From the NCBI GenBank assembly GCA_945882915.1, contig CAMCWV010000003.1, positions 64,785 through 128,784 of the forward strand: DNA of 64,000 nucleotides. The letters run 5' to 3'. The stretch comes from Waddlia chondrophila WSU 86-1044 (GTDB lineage: Bacteria; Chlamydiota; Chlamydiia; Chlamydiales; CAMCWV01). Below the pieces are notes generated by a model that was not told where the DNA came from, made no database searches, and saw nothing but the letters and a program-made list of their open reading frames with translations. A program made the translations under genes and the position numbers. Shown here in pieces: positions 9,456 to 19,293 of the stretch (position 1 is its first letter; each line of letters opens with the position of its first letter).

Positions 9456-9552
9456 TATACTCCTCGTAGTTGAAAACGGGAATTTGGACTAGCGCCAAAG
9501 CCCCGGGGCTTTGGCGCCGTCCAAATTCCCATTTTCAGCTACGAGGAGTATA
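9456..9552. repeat. PE-A palindromic element, medium form
   Basis: Both TIRs plus the GCGCCAAAGCCCCGGGGCTTTGGCGC module. Ends 2 nt from the stop of the DTW-like gene. Confidence 0.9.
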
Positions 9553-9553
9553 T

Positions 9554-10018
9554 CTACCGAGCTAACTCGTTTTTTTGGAGAAACTCCTGCCCCCAATGGT
9601 ACCGATCAAAGAGTCCAGCGATGTCTCTCCCTAGAATATGATAGGCAACGAAGATCGCTTCGATAGAAGAAAGGCCCCTCTCTGGGTCAGAACACTCGGT
9701 TTGGCGCCTGGGATAAGCTGTTCGAAAGTGCGCGGGGATGCTCCGCAATTTCCAAGTAGGCTGTATAGGAGTCCGCGCCATCATTTGCTGGGCATAGCGC
9801 CAGGTGGCGTCCATAACAAAGAGCCCATAAGGAGCGTCTTCTACTGTAAGGGGCGGCGCATCTAGGCTCAAGATGATGTGGTTAGGAAGCTCAGGAACTG
9901 TTGAAGTGGGATATGTAAAGAATCGAAAGTCTTCTCGCGACTCGAGCCCTGATAGAGAGCACTTCTTAAGAGATTCTTTGCGATGACGCAAAACGACTGT
10001 TGGTGGAAAAGATTGCAT
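9554..10018 (-). CDS. DTW/Tsr3-superfamily (aminocarboxypropyl-transferase-like) protein
   Basis: 154 aa. Has KKCS near the N-terminus, a DATW motif (FVMDATWRYAQQM) and LSSIEAIFVAYHILG, matching DTW-domain/Tsr3 hallmarks from memory. Confidence 0.5.
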   Translation of the reverse strand: MQSFPPTVVLRHRKESLKKCSLSGLESREDFRFFTYPTSTVPELPNHIILSLDAPPLTVEDAPYGLFVMDATWRYAQQMMARTPIQPTWKLRSIPAHFRTAYPRRQTECSDPERGLSSIEAIFVAYHILGRDIAGLFDRYHWGQEFLQKNELAR

Positions 10019-10238
10019 ATTATTTAATTAAAAGATTTAATGTACAAAACCTCACCGCTTCGCGAACAAGCCAAAGGGCTAATCCAAAAAGCACTGTAAC
10101 GACAGAGCTTGAAATTTAATCAACTATAATGGACAGCCCCGATTTTAAGCAAAAGAGTATGCTCTTAAACAAGCGTATAGTATCCACTTAAGTGGCTCCA
10201 TAACTTTTTAAGGCATACGAAAAAGAGGATACAGAAAA

Positions 10239-11297
10239 ATGAAAAGAGGACACATCTTTATGGCTATGACGCTCCTTTTGTACTCTTGCCTACCACACGG
10301 GCAAGGGCACATCGATGCATCTGAAAAAGTTGCTGCTGCACAACCTTCTGACACTATTCAATGGCGAACCAACTTCAAAGAAACTGTCGAACTGGCAGAA
10401 GAACAAAACCTCCCCATAATCTTGAGTTTTTCTGGATCTGACTGGTGTGGATGGTGCATGAAACTCCATAAAGAAGTGCTCGATACGCCTGCATTTATCG
10501 CTGCCACCAAAGATAAATTCCTCTTTGTTGACGTTGACTTCCCTCAAAGTAAGACCCTCTCTAAAGAAATCAAAGCTCAAAACCAAGCCTTACTCCAAAA
10601 ATTTAATGTACCAGGCTTCCCAACAATCATCGTGCTTAGTCCTAATCAAAAAACAATCGCAACAAGTGGTTATCAACCTGGAGGCGGGGCGCAATACGCT
10701 GAATTCCTAATAAATCACCGCGACAAAGCAGCAATGCTTGAACAGGCACTCAATCACCTTAAATCCCCAACATTCTCCTCTACAGAGCTTGAAACGCTAT
10801 ACAAGCAAGCCAAAGAGCTCGGGCGTGACGATGACGCATCGGCTCTTCTAGAAAAAGGGCTTCAAGATACCTCTAACACTTTCTTCCTCAGAGAAAAATA
10901 CTCAGCTTTAGAAGATAGCGGCCTATGGGAAAGCCAACAAGCTAGGGACGTCCGGAAAGCACTTGTAATACTTGACCCCAACAACGAACAAGGGTCCCAA
11001 TACTTTATCGCTGTTGTCGATTTTGAACATTACTCAAAGACAGCAAAGCCCCAAACAGACTCCCAAAAAATCATCACCCCGTTTGTTAACTATCTAAGAC
11101 GCTTTGGCGCCGAAGACAAAGAAAACGCGTGGCGCATGCAGATGATCCTAGCAGGGTTTTTGAGCAGCAAAAACCGAACGAACGAAGCGTTAAAATATGC
11201 AGAGCAAGCGCATGCAAACGCTCCTTTGGAGAGGAAAGACGAAATCGCCCAGTCGGTACAAACTCTAAGAATGCGCGAAGAAATCGCCCAAAAGTAA
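10239..11297 (+). CDS. Secreted thioredoxin-fold protein (WCGWC active site) with helical C-terminal domain
   Basis: 352 aa with a signal-peptide-like N-terminus. Thioredoxin_7/DUF255-like motif LSFSGSDWCGWCMKLHKEVL. The C-terminal half is helical. Confidence 0.7.
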   Translation: MKRGHIFMAMTLLLYSCLPHGQGHIDASEKVAAAQPSDTIQWRTNFKETVELAEEQNLPIILSFSGSDWCGWCMKLHKEVLDTPAFIAATKDKFLFVDVDFPQSKTLSKEIKAQNQALLQKFNVPGFPTIIVLSPNQKTIATSGYQPGGGAQYAEFLINHRDKAAMLEQALNHLKSPTFSSTELETLYKQAKELGRDDDASALLEKGLQDTSNTFFLREKYSALEDSGLWESQQARDVRKALVILDPNNEQGSQYFIAVVDFEHYSKTAKPQTDSQKIITPFVNYLRRFGAEDKENAWRMQMILAGFLSSKNRTNEALKYAEQAHANAPLERKDEIAQSVQTLRMREEIAQK

Positions 11298-11387
11298 ATA
11301 GCCGCAAACTGGATCAAAGTCTCGCCTGAGCCGAGGGATTAAATTCGCAGGCTTTCGTGTTGTCTCAGCCTATTATTTGAGATTTAA

Positions 11388-11843
11388 TCAACTATAACTT
11401 GGCAAAAGGAGGAGCTGGAGCTCTTTAAGGATATCGGCGGTGCTGGCCAATTCTGTTGGAGATGGCGGCTTTTTAGAAGGGGGCTTGTTCTTAGCAGAAG
11501 CCCCTGCATGGGGCTTGGTCGAGCGGGGCTTAACGTTGATGTGTAATCCAGCTGGTAACAGGTGTTGACATAGGCGAAAAGCCTCTCTAACAATGCGCTT
11601 AAAGCGATTGCGCTTGATTGCCTTTCCGTAGTGGCGAGAAACAGTAATCCCAAGCTTTGCCCGAGAACCATTTCCAAAAAAAGTTTCTATAGCGATTAAA
11701 TTCCCAGCCGAGCGGCGTCCCTTAAACGAGAGTTTTTGAAAAACACCTCTTTTTAGCACGCGCGCTGACTTAGGAAACGAATATCCTGAAAGAGGCTCCT
11801 TTTGAAAGGAAGCTGCAGGTTCGCTTAGACTGTCAGTGCCCAT
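11388..11843 (-). CDS. rnpA: Ribonuclease P protein component
   Basis: 151 aa with core [27 protein letters not shown]. Has a Lys/Pro-rich C-terminal tail. Overlaps the rpmH 3' end. Confidence 0.85.
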   Translation of the reverse strand: MGTDSLSEPAASFQKEPLSGYSFPKSARVLKRGVFQKLSFKGRRSAGNLIAIETFFGNGSRAKLGITVSRHYGKAIKRNRFKRIVREAFRLCQHLLPAGLHINVKPRSTKPHAGASAKNKPPSKKPPSPTELASTADILKELQLLLLPSYS

Positions 11844-11959
11844 CGGCCCTGTCTACGACGGCGGCTTAAAACCTTCTTTCCGTTAGTTGATTTCATGCGA
11901 TAACGGAAGCCATGTGATGTTGCACGACGACGTTTGCTTGCTTGGTATGTACGCTTCAT
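11825..11959 (-). CDS. rpmH: 50S ribosomal protein L34
   Basis: Not in the track (44 aa). My own translation is [44 protein letters not shown]. Start and stop were verified on the sequence. Confidence 0.9.
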   Translation of the reverse strand: MKRTYQASKRRRATSHGFRYRMKSTNGKKVLSRRRRQGRWALTV

Positions 11960-12009
11960 AGTGAGACATCCTCTGAGAATGAGCTGTGGTTTTTGTGATA
12001 ATTCAGATA

Positions 12010-12333
12010 TATACTCCTCGTAGCTGAAAATGGGAACTTGGACGACGCCAAAGCCCCGGGGCTGAACGATCGTAAGTACCCTTTGTATTTCTAATACTAA
12101 GGCGCTTGCGATCGTTCAGCCGCGGGAGCTTTCGCGCTAGTCCAAATTCCCGTTTTCAACTAGGAGGAGTATACTCCTCGTAGCTGAAAATGGGAACTTG
12201 GACGGCGCCAAAGCCCCGGGGCTGAACGATCGTAAGTACCCTTTGTATTTCTAATACTAAGGCACTTGCGATTGTTCAGCCGCGGGAGCTTTCGCGCTAG
12301 TCCAAATTCCCGTTTTCAACTACGAGGAGTATA
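12010..12333. repeat. Head-to-tail dimer of long-form PE-A (12010-12173 and 12170-12333) sharing a TATA junction
   Basis: Two ~164-bp copies differ at a handful of positions. The junction reads GAGGAGTATACTCCTCG. Confidence 0.9.
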
Positions 12334-12842
12334 GTACCCGAGATCATCGATAATTGTAAAGGCTGACGTTAAAAGGGCCAGCAGTTCCCACTAAATATTT
12401 TTCGCGCAGATCGAGGGTGATTTTGGGCATGGAGAGAAGCATCTTCATACCGTTTTTGCCACATTGATGATGCCGGCTTTTTTGATAGATCAAGTCCAAG
12501 AAGCAGCATGTGGCCTGCCTCTCTCAGGACAGGGCGATTTTATCAAGAAAGATTTGACGCTTAGAGGGGGGGGGGCAGGGCAATCGCATGAAGAATCTTC
12601 TTGGTTATTTAAACCGCTGCCGCGGTTTTTTTTAAGCTATCAAGCCTGTGTCCGATTAAAATCGCCCTATCTTTTAGGAGTTAAAAAATAAACTTTTTGT
12701 GGGAGCTGCTGTTAAAACGGTATTAAAGAACGTTAAAACTAGAAAAATAGCCCTTAAACAGAAAAGAGCTTGAAACAAAATTCCCCGATAGGGTATGAAC
12801 AAGCTTCCTTTTTATTTAAAATACATGTAGAGGGATAGTCCC

Positions 12843-12974
12843 ATGAAAGTAAGAGCTTCTATCAAACAGATTTGCGAAGAGTGCAAGATCATTCGTCGTA
12901 TGGGTCGTATTTATGTGAGTTGCAAAAAAGAGCCCTCACACAAACAGCGCCAGAAAGGCCCTTCTCGCGATTAA
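12843..12974 (+). CDS. rpmJ: 50S ribosomal protein L36
   Basis: Not in the track (43 aa). My own translation is [43 protein letters not shown]. Confidence 0.85.
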   Translation: MKVRASIKQICEECKIIRRMGRIYVSCKKEPSHKQRQKGPSRD

Positions 12975-13011
12975 TTATAAATAGTCAATAAAGTAAAAGA
13001 TAAAGAGTATT

Positions 13012-13299
13012 ATGGCTAAAACATCATCTATTCAAAAAGAAATCCACCGCGAAAAACTCGTTGCACGTACTCAAGAGAAGCGCAAATTACTAAAAGCGCA
13101 AGCCCTTGCGGGTGACGATGACGCTCGCACTGCGTTAGACAAACTTCCAAAGAACAGCTCTCCTCAGCGCCTTCGTAATCGTTGCCAATTGAGCGGCCGT
13201 GCACGTGGATTCTTGAGAAAGTTCAAGATGTCTCGTATCTGGTTCCGCGAGCTCGCTCTTATGGGCATGATCCCTGGCGTTGTAAAAGCTAGCTGGTAG
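13012..13299 (+). CDS. rpsN: 30S ribosomal protein S14
   Basis: 95 aa. Motif [43 protein letters not shown]. Confidence 0.9.
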   Translation: MAKTSSIQKEIHREKLVARTQEKRKLLKAQALAGDDDARTALDKLPKNSSPQRLRNRCQLSGRARGFLRKFKMSRIWFRELALMGMIPGVVKASW

Positions 13300-13348
13300 A
13301 TTGCGTTCAGTAGGCAGGCCTACTGATTTCCCCACCCTTTTTAATTTC

Positions 13349-13387
13349 AATCCTCAATGGTCCATCGACCCTTGAGGATTTTTTTTG
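13349..13387 (+). terminator. Rho-independent terminator of rpmJ-rpsN
   Basis: AATCCTCAA-T-GGTC-CATC-GACC-C-TTGAGGATT followed by TTTTTTG. Confidence 0.8.
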
Positions 13388-13540
13388 CCAAAAAACCTCA
13401 ACAAACTCTGTTCTAGAGGGACATTTTAAATATCTTGCCTCTTCCTCTGTATTCTCTGTATTCCAAAAAATTTATCACTCTATTTTCATTATGACAGCCC
13501 GAGGCTGTCCCGCTTTGTTCTTTCTTATTTCTCTTTTTTT

Positions 13541-13596
13541 GTAACAGTTCACATGCACCGACAAAGGAGGGGTATGTGAACTGTTACCTTTTTTTT
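13541..13596 (+). terminator. Repeat-derived hairpin plus T-run (second terminator, or bidirectional with lpxL)
   Basis: 14-bp arms GTAACAGTTCACAT ... ATGTGAACTGTTAC followed by CTTTTTTTT. The same arms recur at 63961-64000. Confidence 0.55.
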
Positions 13597-13601
13597 AAGG
13601 G

Positions 13602-14921
13602 TTACTTGATGAGTCCGTAGAAGATGACCTGATAGACATCGGTAGTATCGATGGTGGGAAACCGTTTTTTGGCAAGCGCCCCGAGCTGCAAGAAGTTTAC
13701 CACCTCAAAAGCTCCTAATTTCAAATAGTGCTGATGGCACCCAGAAATATCTGCAAAGTCTAATACCACCTGATAGAGCCAGCTGTCTAGCAGAGCTTCT
13801 TTTGCTGTAGAATAGGTGATAATATCCCCTTCCAAGACCTTTAAGGCACCTCTGCCCTCTTGCTCGCGACTTTGTGGTACAAGGAAAGTCAAAAAACCGT
13901 ACGGGTAAAACGTCCGAAGCACATAAAGTCCCTTCATGCAGGCCTCAAAAGCCGCAAGATCCTCTGGAAGAATCACGAGAAATGCATCGTGACTAAACCG
14001 CTTGGCAACAAGCCCTTTGGGCTGCTTCCAGCGCCTGTGCTGCCAAAGCCACTGACCAAGGTTCTCTCTAATTGCTTGCTCTTGAAGAACAAGCGCCTCG
14101 TGCATTAAACGCTCGACTTCTTCTTTTGAAGGTTTTGTAAGGTCTGGCCAAATAGGATCTGAATACCCAACCAAGTAACGCCCATCAGCTTCTCTTTTAA
14201 TTGATACGACAACGATAGGACTCCCAGTTGCATAAGAAAGAAGCCCGGGAGCAGATGAGGTCCACGCCCTGACTCCAAAGAAAGGATATGAATAGGAGCT
14301 TGAAGGAAGCCCCTGATCTGCAACAAACCCAACGCTAACACCTTTTTTCAAAGCTCTTAAGCTGGCTTTAAGGGCTCCCTGCTGATCAATAATCTTTCCT
14401 CCCCACATTTCTCGAATAGAGACAATCCAGCTATAGAGCAGAGTGTTATCAATGGCCCTGCCTACTGCAATCACAGGAGATCTGTGTGAACTATCAATAA
14501 ATGAGACCTCCCAATTAGCAAGATGAGAGCCCAAAAAGATAATCCCCTTACGGTCCCCTTTCCCCTCTTTTTGAAGCGGCACTGCAGACCTTTCGTTCTT
14601 AGCATGAAGAAGTGCATCTATTTTCGTGTAGCTACGGGCAAGGCGTCCATATTCTAAACAAGTGATTGTGAGGCTCTGAAACGCCTGCTTGGCAATCGCC
14701 TTCATTTCCGTTTCTGAAAGGCCAAGCGCTGGCTGTACCAAAGCAAGATTATTCATCGTGAGCTTGCGATATTTTTTTGAAAGGTAGTAGCCAATTAAAC
14801 CAAGACCGCGTCCAAGGCGATGCAACCAGCGCGGAGGAAGCAGCGACAGCAAGAAACTGATACTACAAGCGCCGTAGAGTACCAGACGATGCTGCACATG
14901 GGTGAAAAATGGTTTTGTCAT
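13602..14921 (-). CDS. lpxL: Lipid A biosynthesis (Kdo)2-lipid IVA acyltransferase, LpxL/HtrB family, with C-terminal extension
   Basis: 439 aa with an N-terminal TM anchor. Acyltransferase core: GSHLANWE, FVADQG. About 140 extra C-terminal residues. Confidence 0.8.
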   Translation of the reverse strand: MTKPFFTHVQHRLVLYGACSISFLLSLLPPRWLHRLGRGLGLIGYYLSKKYRKLTMNNLALVQPALGLSETEMKAIAKQAFQSLTITCLEYGRLARSYTKIDALLHAKNERSAVPLQKEGKGDRKGIIFLGSHLANWEVSFIDSSHRSPVIAVGRAIDNTLLYSWIVSIREMWGGKIIDQQGALKASLRALKKGVSVGFVADQGLPSSSYSYPFFGVRAWTSSAPGLLSYATGSPIVVVSIKREADGRYLVGYSDPIWPDLTKPSKEEVERLMHEALVLQEQAIRENLGQWLWQHRRWKQPKGLVAKRFSHDAFLVILPEDLAAFEACMKGLYVLRTFYPYGFLTFLVPQSREQEGRGALKVLEGDIITYSTAKEALLDSWLYQVVLDFADISGCHQHYLKLGAFEVVNFLQLGALAKKRFPTIDTTDVYQVIFYGLIK

Positions 14922-14982
14922 ACGTAAAACTAAGGCACTTACGATCGTTCAGCCGTGGGAGCTTTCGAGCTGTCTGAGCCGA

Positions 14983-16146
14983 TCATTTGAGATTTAATCG
15001 ACTATACTTTGCAACTTTGCAGGTATCGGCGACGATTATACCGATCTGCTTAGAGAAATCCAAGTGCGCAACACTCTGCCGAATCATTTGTGAGGAAAAG
15101 GGACTTTTAGGGTGCCGCATTGCAGCTCCAAGAGCCGCCGCGATCGAATCTGCCCGGAAAAGATCTTGAATCACCACCCCCGTTGCAGGACTCAGCACCT
15201 CAGCGCCCCCATTTAATGAAGAAGAGACAACAAACAACCCCATCGCCAGAGCTTCTACCGTCACGTTTGCAAAAGGGTCGTACGTCGAAGGGATAACAAG
15301 GGCATCGGCCGTTTGATAGAACTGCCGAATATCAGAACGTTCACCAAAAAATGTGACCTGCTTGGCAAGGCCTAATCCGCTAGCAAGTTCTTTAAAGCTA
15401 GAAGAGTTCTTGTCTTTACCAACAACAGACAAGTGAAAGTTTTTATCGCGAAGACACGTGAGCCCACGCAAAAGAAGATCAAGCCCCTTTCGCTTAAAGC
15501 CATTACCTACAAACAAAAATTGATAGACACTCCTATCAAGGCAAAGCACCTGACTCAAAGAATCACGCACAGAAGGCCAAGCGTCAAAATCACCTCTCAT
15601 CTGCTCCCACTCAACACCATTGTGGACCACTTTCACCTTGTCAGGATCAACATTGTAGTGATTAAGAACCTCTTGTCTTACCATCTCTGAATTGGTAAAC
15701 AGCCTTTTTAGCCCTGGGTTTTCGTAGGCGGCCTTTTCAAGTTTCAGAATGTAATAATGCAGCGGATTTAAAGAAAAAGAGGCACATTTTAGCCAAGAGT
15801 CGGTACGCCGGCGGTGGTTGAGATAAGCCGCGTGCACCCCATTACCTGCACGGTAGTGAGTCTGGTAGGAGTTGCGGTCCATACCAAAGACAACCTCTAC
15901 AGGATTGTCCTGTAGCCATCTCTGACACCGCCTATCAAACTTAAAAAGATTGTAGAGACTAAAAGAGGAGGTCTCTCCCATTGAAACCCACTCAATTCCT
16001 GGTAGGAGATCTTTTTTGGGGGAACCTGTCGTTAAAGCAGTCACGAAGCAACCAGCCGCAACAAATGCTTTTACGAGCTCTCTGGAGTATTTTTCTGCTC
16101 CACCAAGAGACCCCAAACGACTTTTAAGGAAGGCAAGTTTAGTCAT
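14983..16146 (-). CDS. GT4 glycosyltransferase, WaaG/RfaG-like (LPS core glucosyltransferase I-like)
   Basis: 387 aa. By eye it aligns along its length with E. coli WaaG as I recall it (VGNGFKRKGLDLL, VVGKDK..FKELASGLGL, EALAMGL). Lies between lpxL and cdaR. Confidence 0.75.
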   Translation of the reverse strand: MTKLAFLKSRLGSLGGAEKYSRELVKAFVAAGCFVTALTTGSPKKDLLPGIEWVSMGETSSFSLYNLFKFDRRCQRWLQDNPVEVVFGMDRNSYQTHYRAGNGVHAAYLNHRRRTDSWLKCASFSLNPLHYYILKLEKAAYENPGLKRLFTNSEMVRQEVLNHYNVDPDKVKVVHNGVEWEQMRGDFDAWPSVRDSLSQVLCLDRSVYQFLFVGNGFKRKGLDLLLRGLTCLRDKNFHLSVVGKDKNSSSFKELASGLGLAKQVTFFGERSDIRQFYQTADALVIPSTYDPFANVTVEALAMGLFVVSSSLNGGAEVLSPATGVVIQDLFRADSIAAALGAAMRHPKSPFSSQMIRQSVAHLDFSKQIGIIVADTCKVAKYSRLNLK

Positions 16147-16148
16147 CC

Positions 16149-17402
16149 TTAATGAGTGGGAGCGTGTTGATTGAGGATGATGTTGTTGCCTTGAAGGGAA
16201 ATTGTTAGCTCTAATGGCTTTCCATCCTTTGTATAAAGGGCAAACTCTCTTAAATAATAACGGAACCGCTCACGCAAGAACTCTTCTTTGCTATTGCCTG
16301 ACATCTCCCGAAGATCAGCCTCACTTGTGCTTTGAAGAAGTGACTCGACATACTGGTCTTCAAGAGCTTGCGGGTTAATGAACTGAACGCTCCACTGCAG
16401 CTCCTTAGAATCTTCTACAGGAGTGAGCGCAACAACCAGTTGCAATTGATTGCGCAGCACTTGTAAAAACGCCCGGCTAACATCTCTGACATACAAGGGA
16501 ATCGTGAGCAGATACATCCCCTCCACCTGCTCTACAACTCCAGTAGCCTTTAAACTATAAGCTGTAGGATTAAGCGCGCTGCTATATTCGAAAGGGAAAA
16601 ATGTGCTAATCGGAATTTTCTGATCTAAAGCAATCGATGCTGTCCTTAAGAAGTCGATCCGCAAGTCTTTGGCTCGAGGGTCATTAATAGCGACAGACTC
16701 CTGGGGACCAAAAGGCATGACAATTTGCTTCCATGAATCCGGAACAACAAAAGAAACCTCGACTCCACCATCTTCTGAATTGTGCCCTGTAATACTATCG
16801 AGCATATCCTTGTTAATATCTGAAAGGTTAAAGACCCACTCGACGCCGCGATCTGTGAGGTATTTTACCTGCGCAGCAGGACCTGTAACTGTTTGCATCA
16901 GCTGCGTCGGCCAAACGCCGATGAACTGATAATCTGCAGGAGAGGCCCCATGTGGATTAGCAATATAAACAGGAACCTGCTCTGAGGCAAGAGCGCTAAG
17001 AGTCAACGTAACAGGACTTGCCGTCACAGCAAAGACCTGATGGGTTAGATCAATTGCTTTATTGATGGTCACTAGATTTCGCTTATTAATGTCAGCTGTC
17101 CAGTTATCCCCTTTCCCCTGAGCGTTAAAGACAACTTCAATATCCGTTGGTTTAAGCTCTTCAAGAATGGTATTGTTTCCAGTAATCGCTACGGTAATTC
17201 TCTTTTCCAGTAACCCATCAGGACGTATGCCAAGAAGAGTCTTCCCTTTTGGAATATTCACAACGCGAACAGCTACATCTGGAATAGTGCGAGTGGCCAC
17301 AATTGTATTGTTTACAAGGAACCAAACAATTACGGCGCCAACAATTGCCAGGCACTTTCGTTGCCAATCGTTCAAAAAAATGGAGCGTAACCAAGTTCTC
17401 AT
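16149..17402 (-). CDS. cdaR: YbbR-domain protein (CdaR, CdaA regulator)
   Basis: 417 aa with an N-terminal TM anchor and a repeated beta-rich YbbR-like region. Lies immediately downstream of cdaA. Confidence 0.75.
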   Translation of the reverse strand: MRTWLRSIFLNDWQRKCLAIVGAVIVWFLVNNTIVATRTIPDVAVRVVNIPKGKTLLGIRPDGLLEKRITVAITGNNTILEELKPTDIEVVFNAQGKGDNWTADINKRNLVTINKAIDLTHQVFAVTASPVTLTLSALASEQVPVYIANPHGASPADYQFIGVWPTQLMQTVTGPAAQVKYLTDRGVEWVFNLSDINKDMLDSITGHNSEDGGVEVSFVVPDSWKQIVMPFGPQESVAINDPRAKDLRIDFLRTASIALDQKIPISTFFPFEYSSALNPTAYSLKATGVVEQVEGMYLLTIPLYVRDVSRAFLQVLRNQLQLVVALTPVEDSKELQWSVQFINPQALEDQYVESLLQSTSEADLREMSGNSKEEFLRERFRYYLREFALYTKDGKPLELTISLQGNNIILNQHAPTH

Positions 17403-17437
17403 AAAACTATCTCATCTGAGGCTGAAACAACAAAAAA

Positions 17438-18211
17438 TTAACGTCGCGCCCACTCAAAAAAGCTAAAGGATTGCTTTACCTGTGGCGGATTAAAAATACT
17501 GCGAACAATCCCTTTAAAGCGGTCGGCCTTAACACCCCTTGTCATAATCCCTTCCCTTGCAATCGAGACCTTGCCAGACTCTTCCGAAATAACGATAGCA
17601 AGCGCGTCTGTTAACTGACTTAAACCAAGGCTTGCTCTGTGCCGCGTCCCCATCGACTTAGCCAGCTGCAAAGCATCATCTGCCAGCGGAAGAATTACCG
17701 CTGCAGCAACTATTGTCATCCCCCGAATAATCACAGCGCCATCATGCAGGGGGGTCGTTGTCATAAAGACCGACTCGAGAAGCTCTGAAGAAAACTTGGC
17801 TTGCAGAGAGACCGCCTTCTCAGCGTATTGTTCAAGCGAGTCTTGGTTCTCAAGCAAAATAATGGCCCCCACATGCTTTTCGGCCATGCGGTAGATAGAG
17901 GTCGTTATGGCTTCTAGAAAATGATCAAACTCGACAATTTCACGGTACTTCTTTCCCTTAAGAGCTAATTTGGACAAGGCAAGCCGAAGCTCTGGCTGAA
18001 AAATAATAAGCACAGCAAGCACAACGACATTGACGACGTTGACCATGATCTTTTGTAAAACAGGAAGATGGAACCAGTTAGCAATAGCAGAGATAAGTAG
18101 GAATGCCAAAAAGCCAAAGGCAAGGTCCATGGAACGGGTGTTCCAGAAGAAGGAGAGCAGGTAGTTCAAGATGATGGCGATAATCGCAATCTCGATAATG
18201 GGGACAAGCAC
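17438..18211 (-). CDS. cdaA: Diadenylate cyclase CdaA/DacA (c-di-AMP synthase)
   Basis: 257 aa with three N-terminal TM helices. DisA_N motifs: LHDGAVIIRG, GTRHRASLGLSQLTDALAIVISEESGKVS. Confidence 0.9.
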   Translation of the reverse strand: MLVPIIEIAIIAIILNYLLSFFWNTRSMDLAFGFLAFLLISAIANWFHLPVLQKIMVNVVNVVVLAVLIIFQPELRLALSKLALKGKKYREIVEFDHFLEAITTSIYRMAEKHVGAIILLENQDSLEQYAEKAVSLQAKFSSELLESVFMTTTPLHDGAVIIRGMTIVAAAVILPLADDALQLAKSMGTRHRASLGLSQLTDALAIVISEESGKVSIAREGIMTRGVKADRFKGIVRSIFNPPQVKQSFSFFEWARR

Positions 18212-18250
18212 CTAGAACCTCTATGGGGACGAACACCCGGAACCTATATA

Positions 18251-18335
18251 TATACTCCTCGTAGTTGAAAACGGGGGCTTTGGCGCCGTCCAAGTTCCCA
18301 TTTTCAGCTACGAGGAGTATATAGTCCTCTTAGCT
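18251..18335. repeat. PE-A short form plus an extra truncated TIR
   Basis: TATACTCCTCGTAGTTGAAAACGGGGG...CCCATTTTCAGCTACGAGGAGTATA followed by GTCCTCTTAGCTG. Overlaps the folP 3' end. Confidence 0.85.
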
Positions 18336-19237
18336 GTTTTTATGTAGGAAATAAAATCTATTAGCTCCCTATGCTCCTTAATGTCGTGTACTCTGATGAT
18401 ATCGACCCCTGCCATTAAGGCGAGGGTATTTACAGCAAGCGTTGCTGACAATGGGCCTGAAAGTGACTTGACGATATTGTTTTTTGCAACATTGCCTGCC
18501 ACTTCATTCAATATCTTAGCTGTAAAAGACTTACGCGAAGCACCTAAGAGCACAGGAAAACCTAAAGACTTCAACGTACGTAGATTGTGCAAAATTTCGA
18601 TATTATGAGCAACGGTTTTCCCAAAACCAATCCCCGGATCTAAAATAATGCGACTCGGGCTCACACCCTTCTCTACAAGCATTTTTACCTGCCCTTCCAG
18701 CCAGTGCATAATTGCATAGACAACCCCCTTTTCATAATGAGGTGCGCTCTGCATACTCTGAGGATCCCCTTGCATGTGCATGATGCAAAGCTCTGCCAAA
18801 GAAGTAGCGGCGACGTCTTGCATCTCAGGATCGCGAAAACCGCTAACATCGTTGAGGAGCGTAGCTCCAGCAGCAAGCGCCTGAGAAGCAACGCGGGCCT
18901 TTCTTGTGTCAATAGAAATAGGAACAACCACTCCCCTCTGCCGAAGAGCCTGAATAACTGGGATAACACGGCGCAGCTCGTCTTCTTCTGAAACAGCTGG
19001 AGCCCCTGGTCTAGTAGACTCACCGCCAATGTCGATAATGTCAGCGCCTGCTGCCACCATCTGCTCTGCCCTTAAGACAGCCCGTTCAACTTCAGCATAG
19101 CGCCCGCCATCAAAGAAGGAATCTGGCGTTACATTAAGAATGCCCATAAGGCGGTGAGATTGAGTAGACATCTGGACTCCGAGTTTCGCCTGACCAATGG
19201 ATACAGGCAACACATTCGATTGCGTTTTAGAGAACAT
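18308..19237 (-). CDS. folP: Dihydropteroate synthase
   Basis: 309 aa. Motifs: GILNVTPDSFFDGG, DIIDIGGESTRPG, ILDPGIGFGK. The true start may be an internal Met. The last codons are repeat-derived. Confidence 0.9.
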   Translation of the reverse strand: MFSKTQSNVLPVSIGQAKLGVQMSTQSHRLMGILNVTPDSFFDGGRYAEVERAVLRAEQMVAAGADIIDIGGESTRPGAPAVSEEDELRRVIPVIQALRQRGVVVPISIDTRKARVASQALAAGATLLNDVSGFRDPEMQDVAATSLAELCIMHMQGDPQSMQSAPHYEKGVVYAIMHWLEGQVKMLVEKGVSPSRIILDPGIGFGKTVAHNIEILHNLRTLKSLGFPVLLGASRKSFTAKILNEVAGNVAKNNIVKSLSGPLSATLAVNTLALMAGVDIIRVHDIKEHRELIDFISYIKTAKRTIYSS

Positions 19238-19293
19238 GCGTTAGCACATGCTCTTTGAGGTTCAGCAAGAATTAAGCAGGCGCCTCTAATTAG

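Noticed and set aside
12010-12333. Possible CRISPR array (regularly repeated ~164-bp units)
   Set aside because: Only two units are present. They abut directly with no spacers, are themselves long palindromes identical to dispersed PE-A copies, and no cas genes are in the window.
12464-12691. 75-aa ORF in the rpmH/rpmJ spacer
   Set aside because: It is composed of mosaic repeat modules (GCGATTTTATCAAGAAAGATTTGACGC, GGGGCAGGGCAATCGCATGAAGAA) that recur non-coding at about 1380-1450, 8140-8170, 23390-23415 and 23630-23690.
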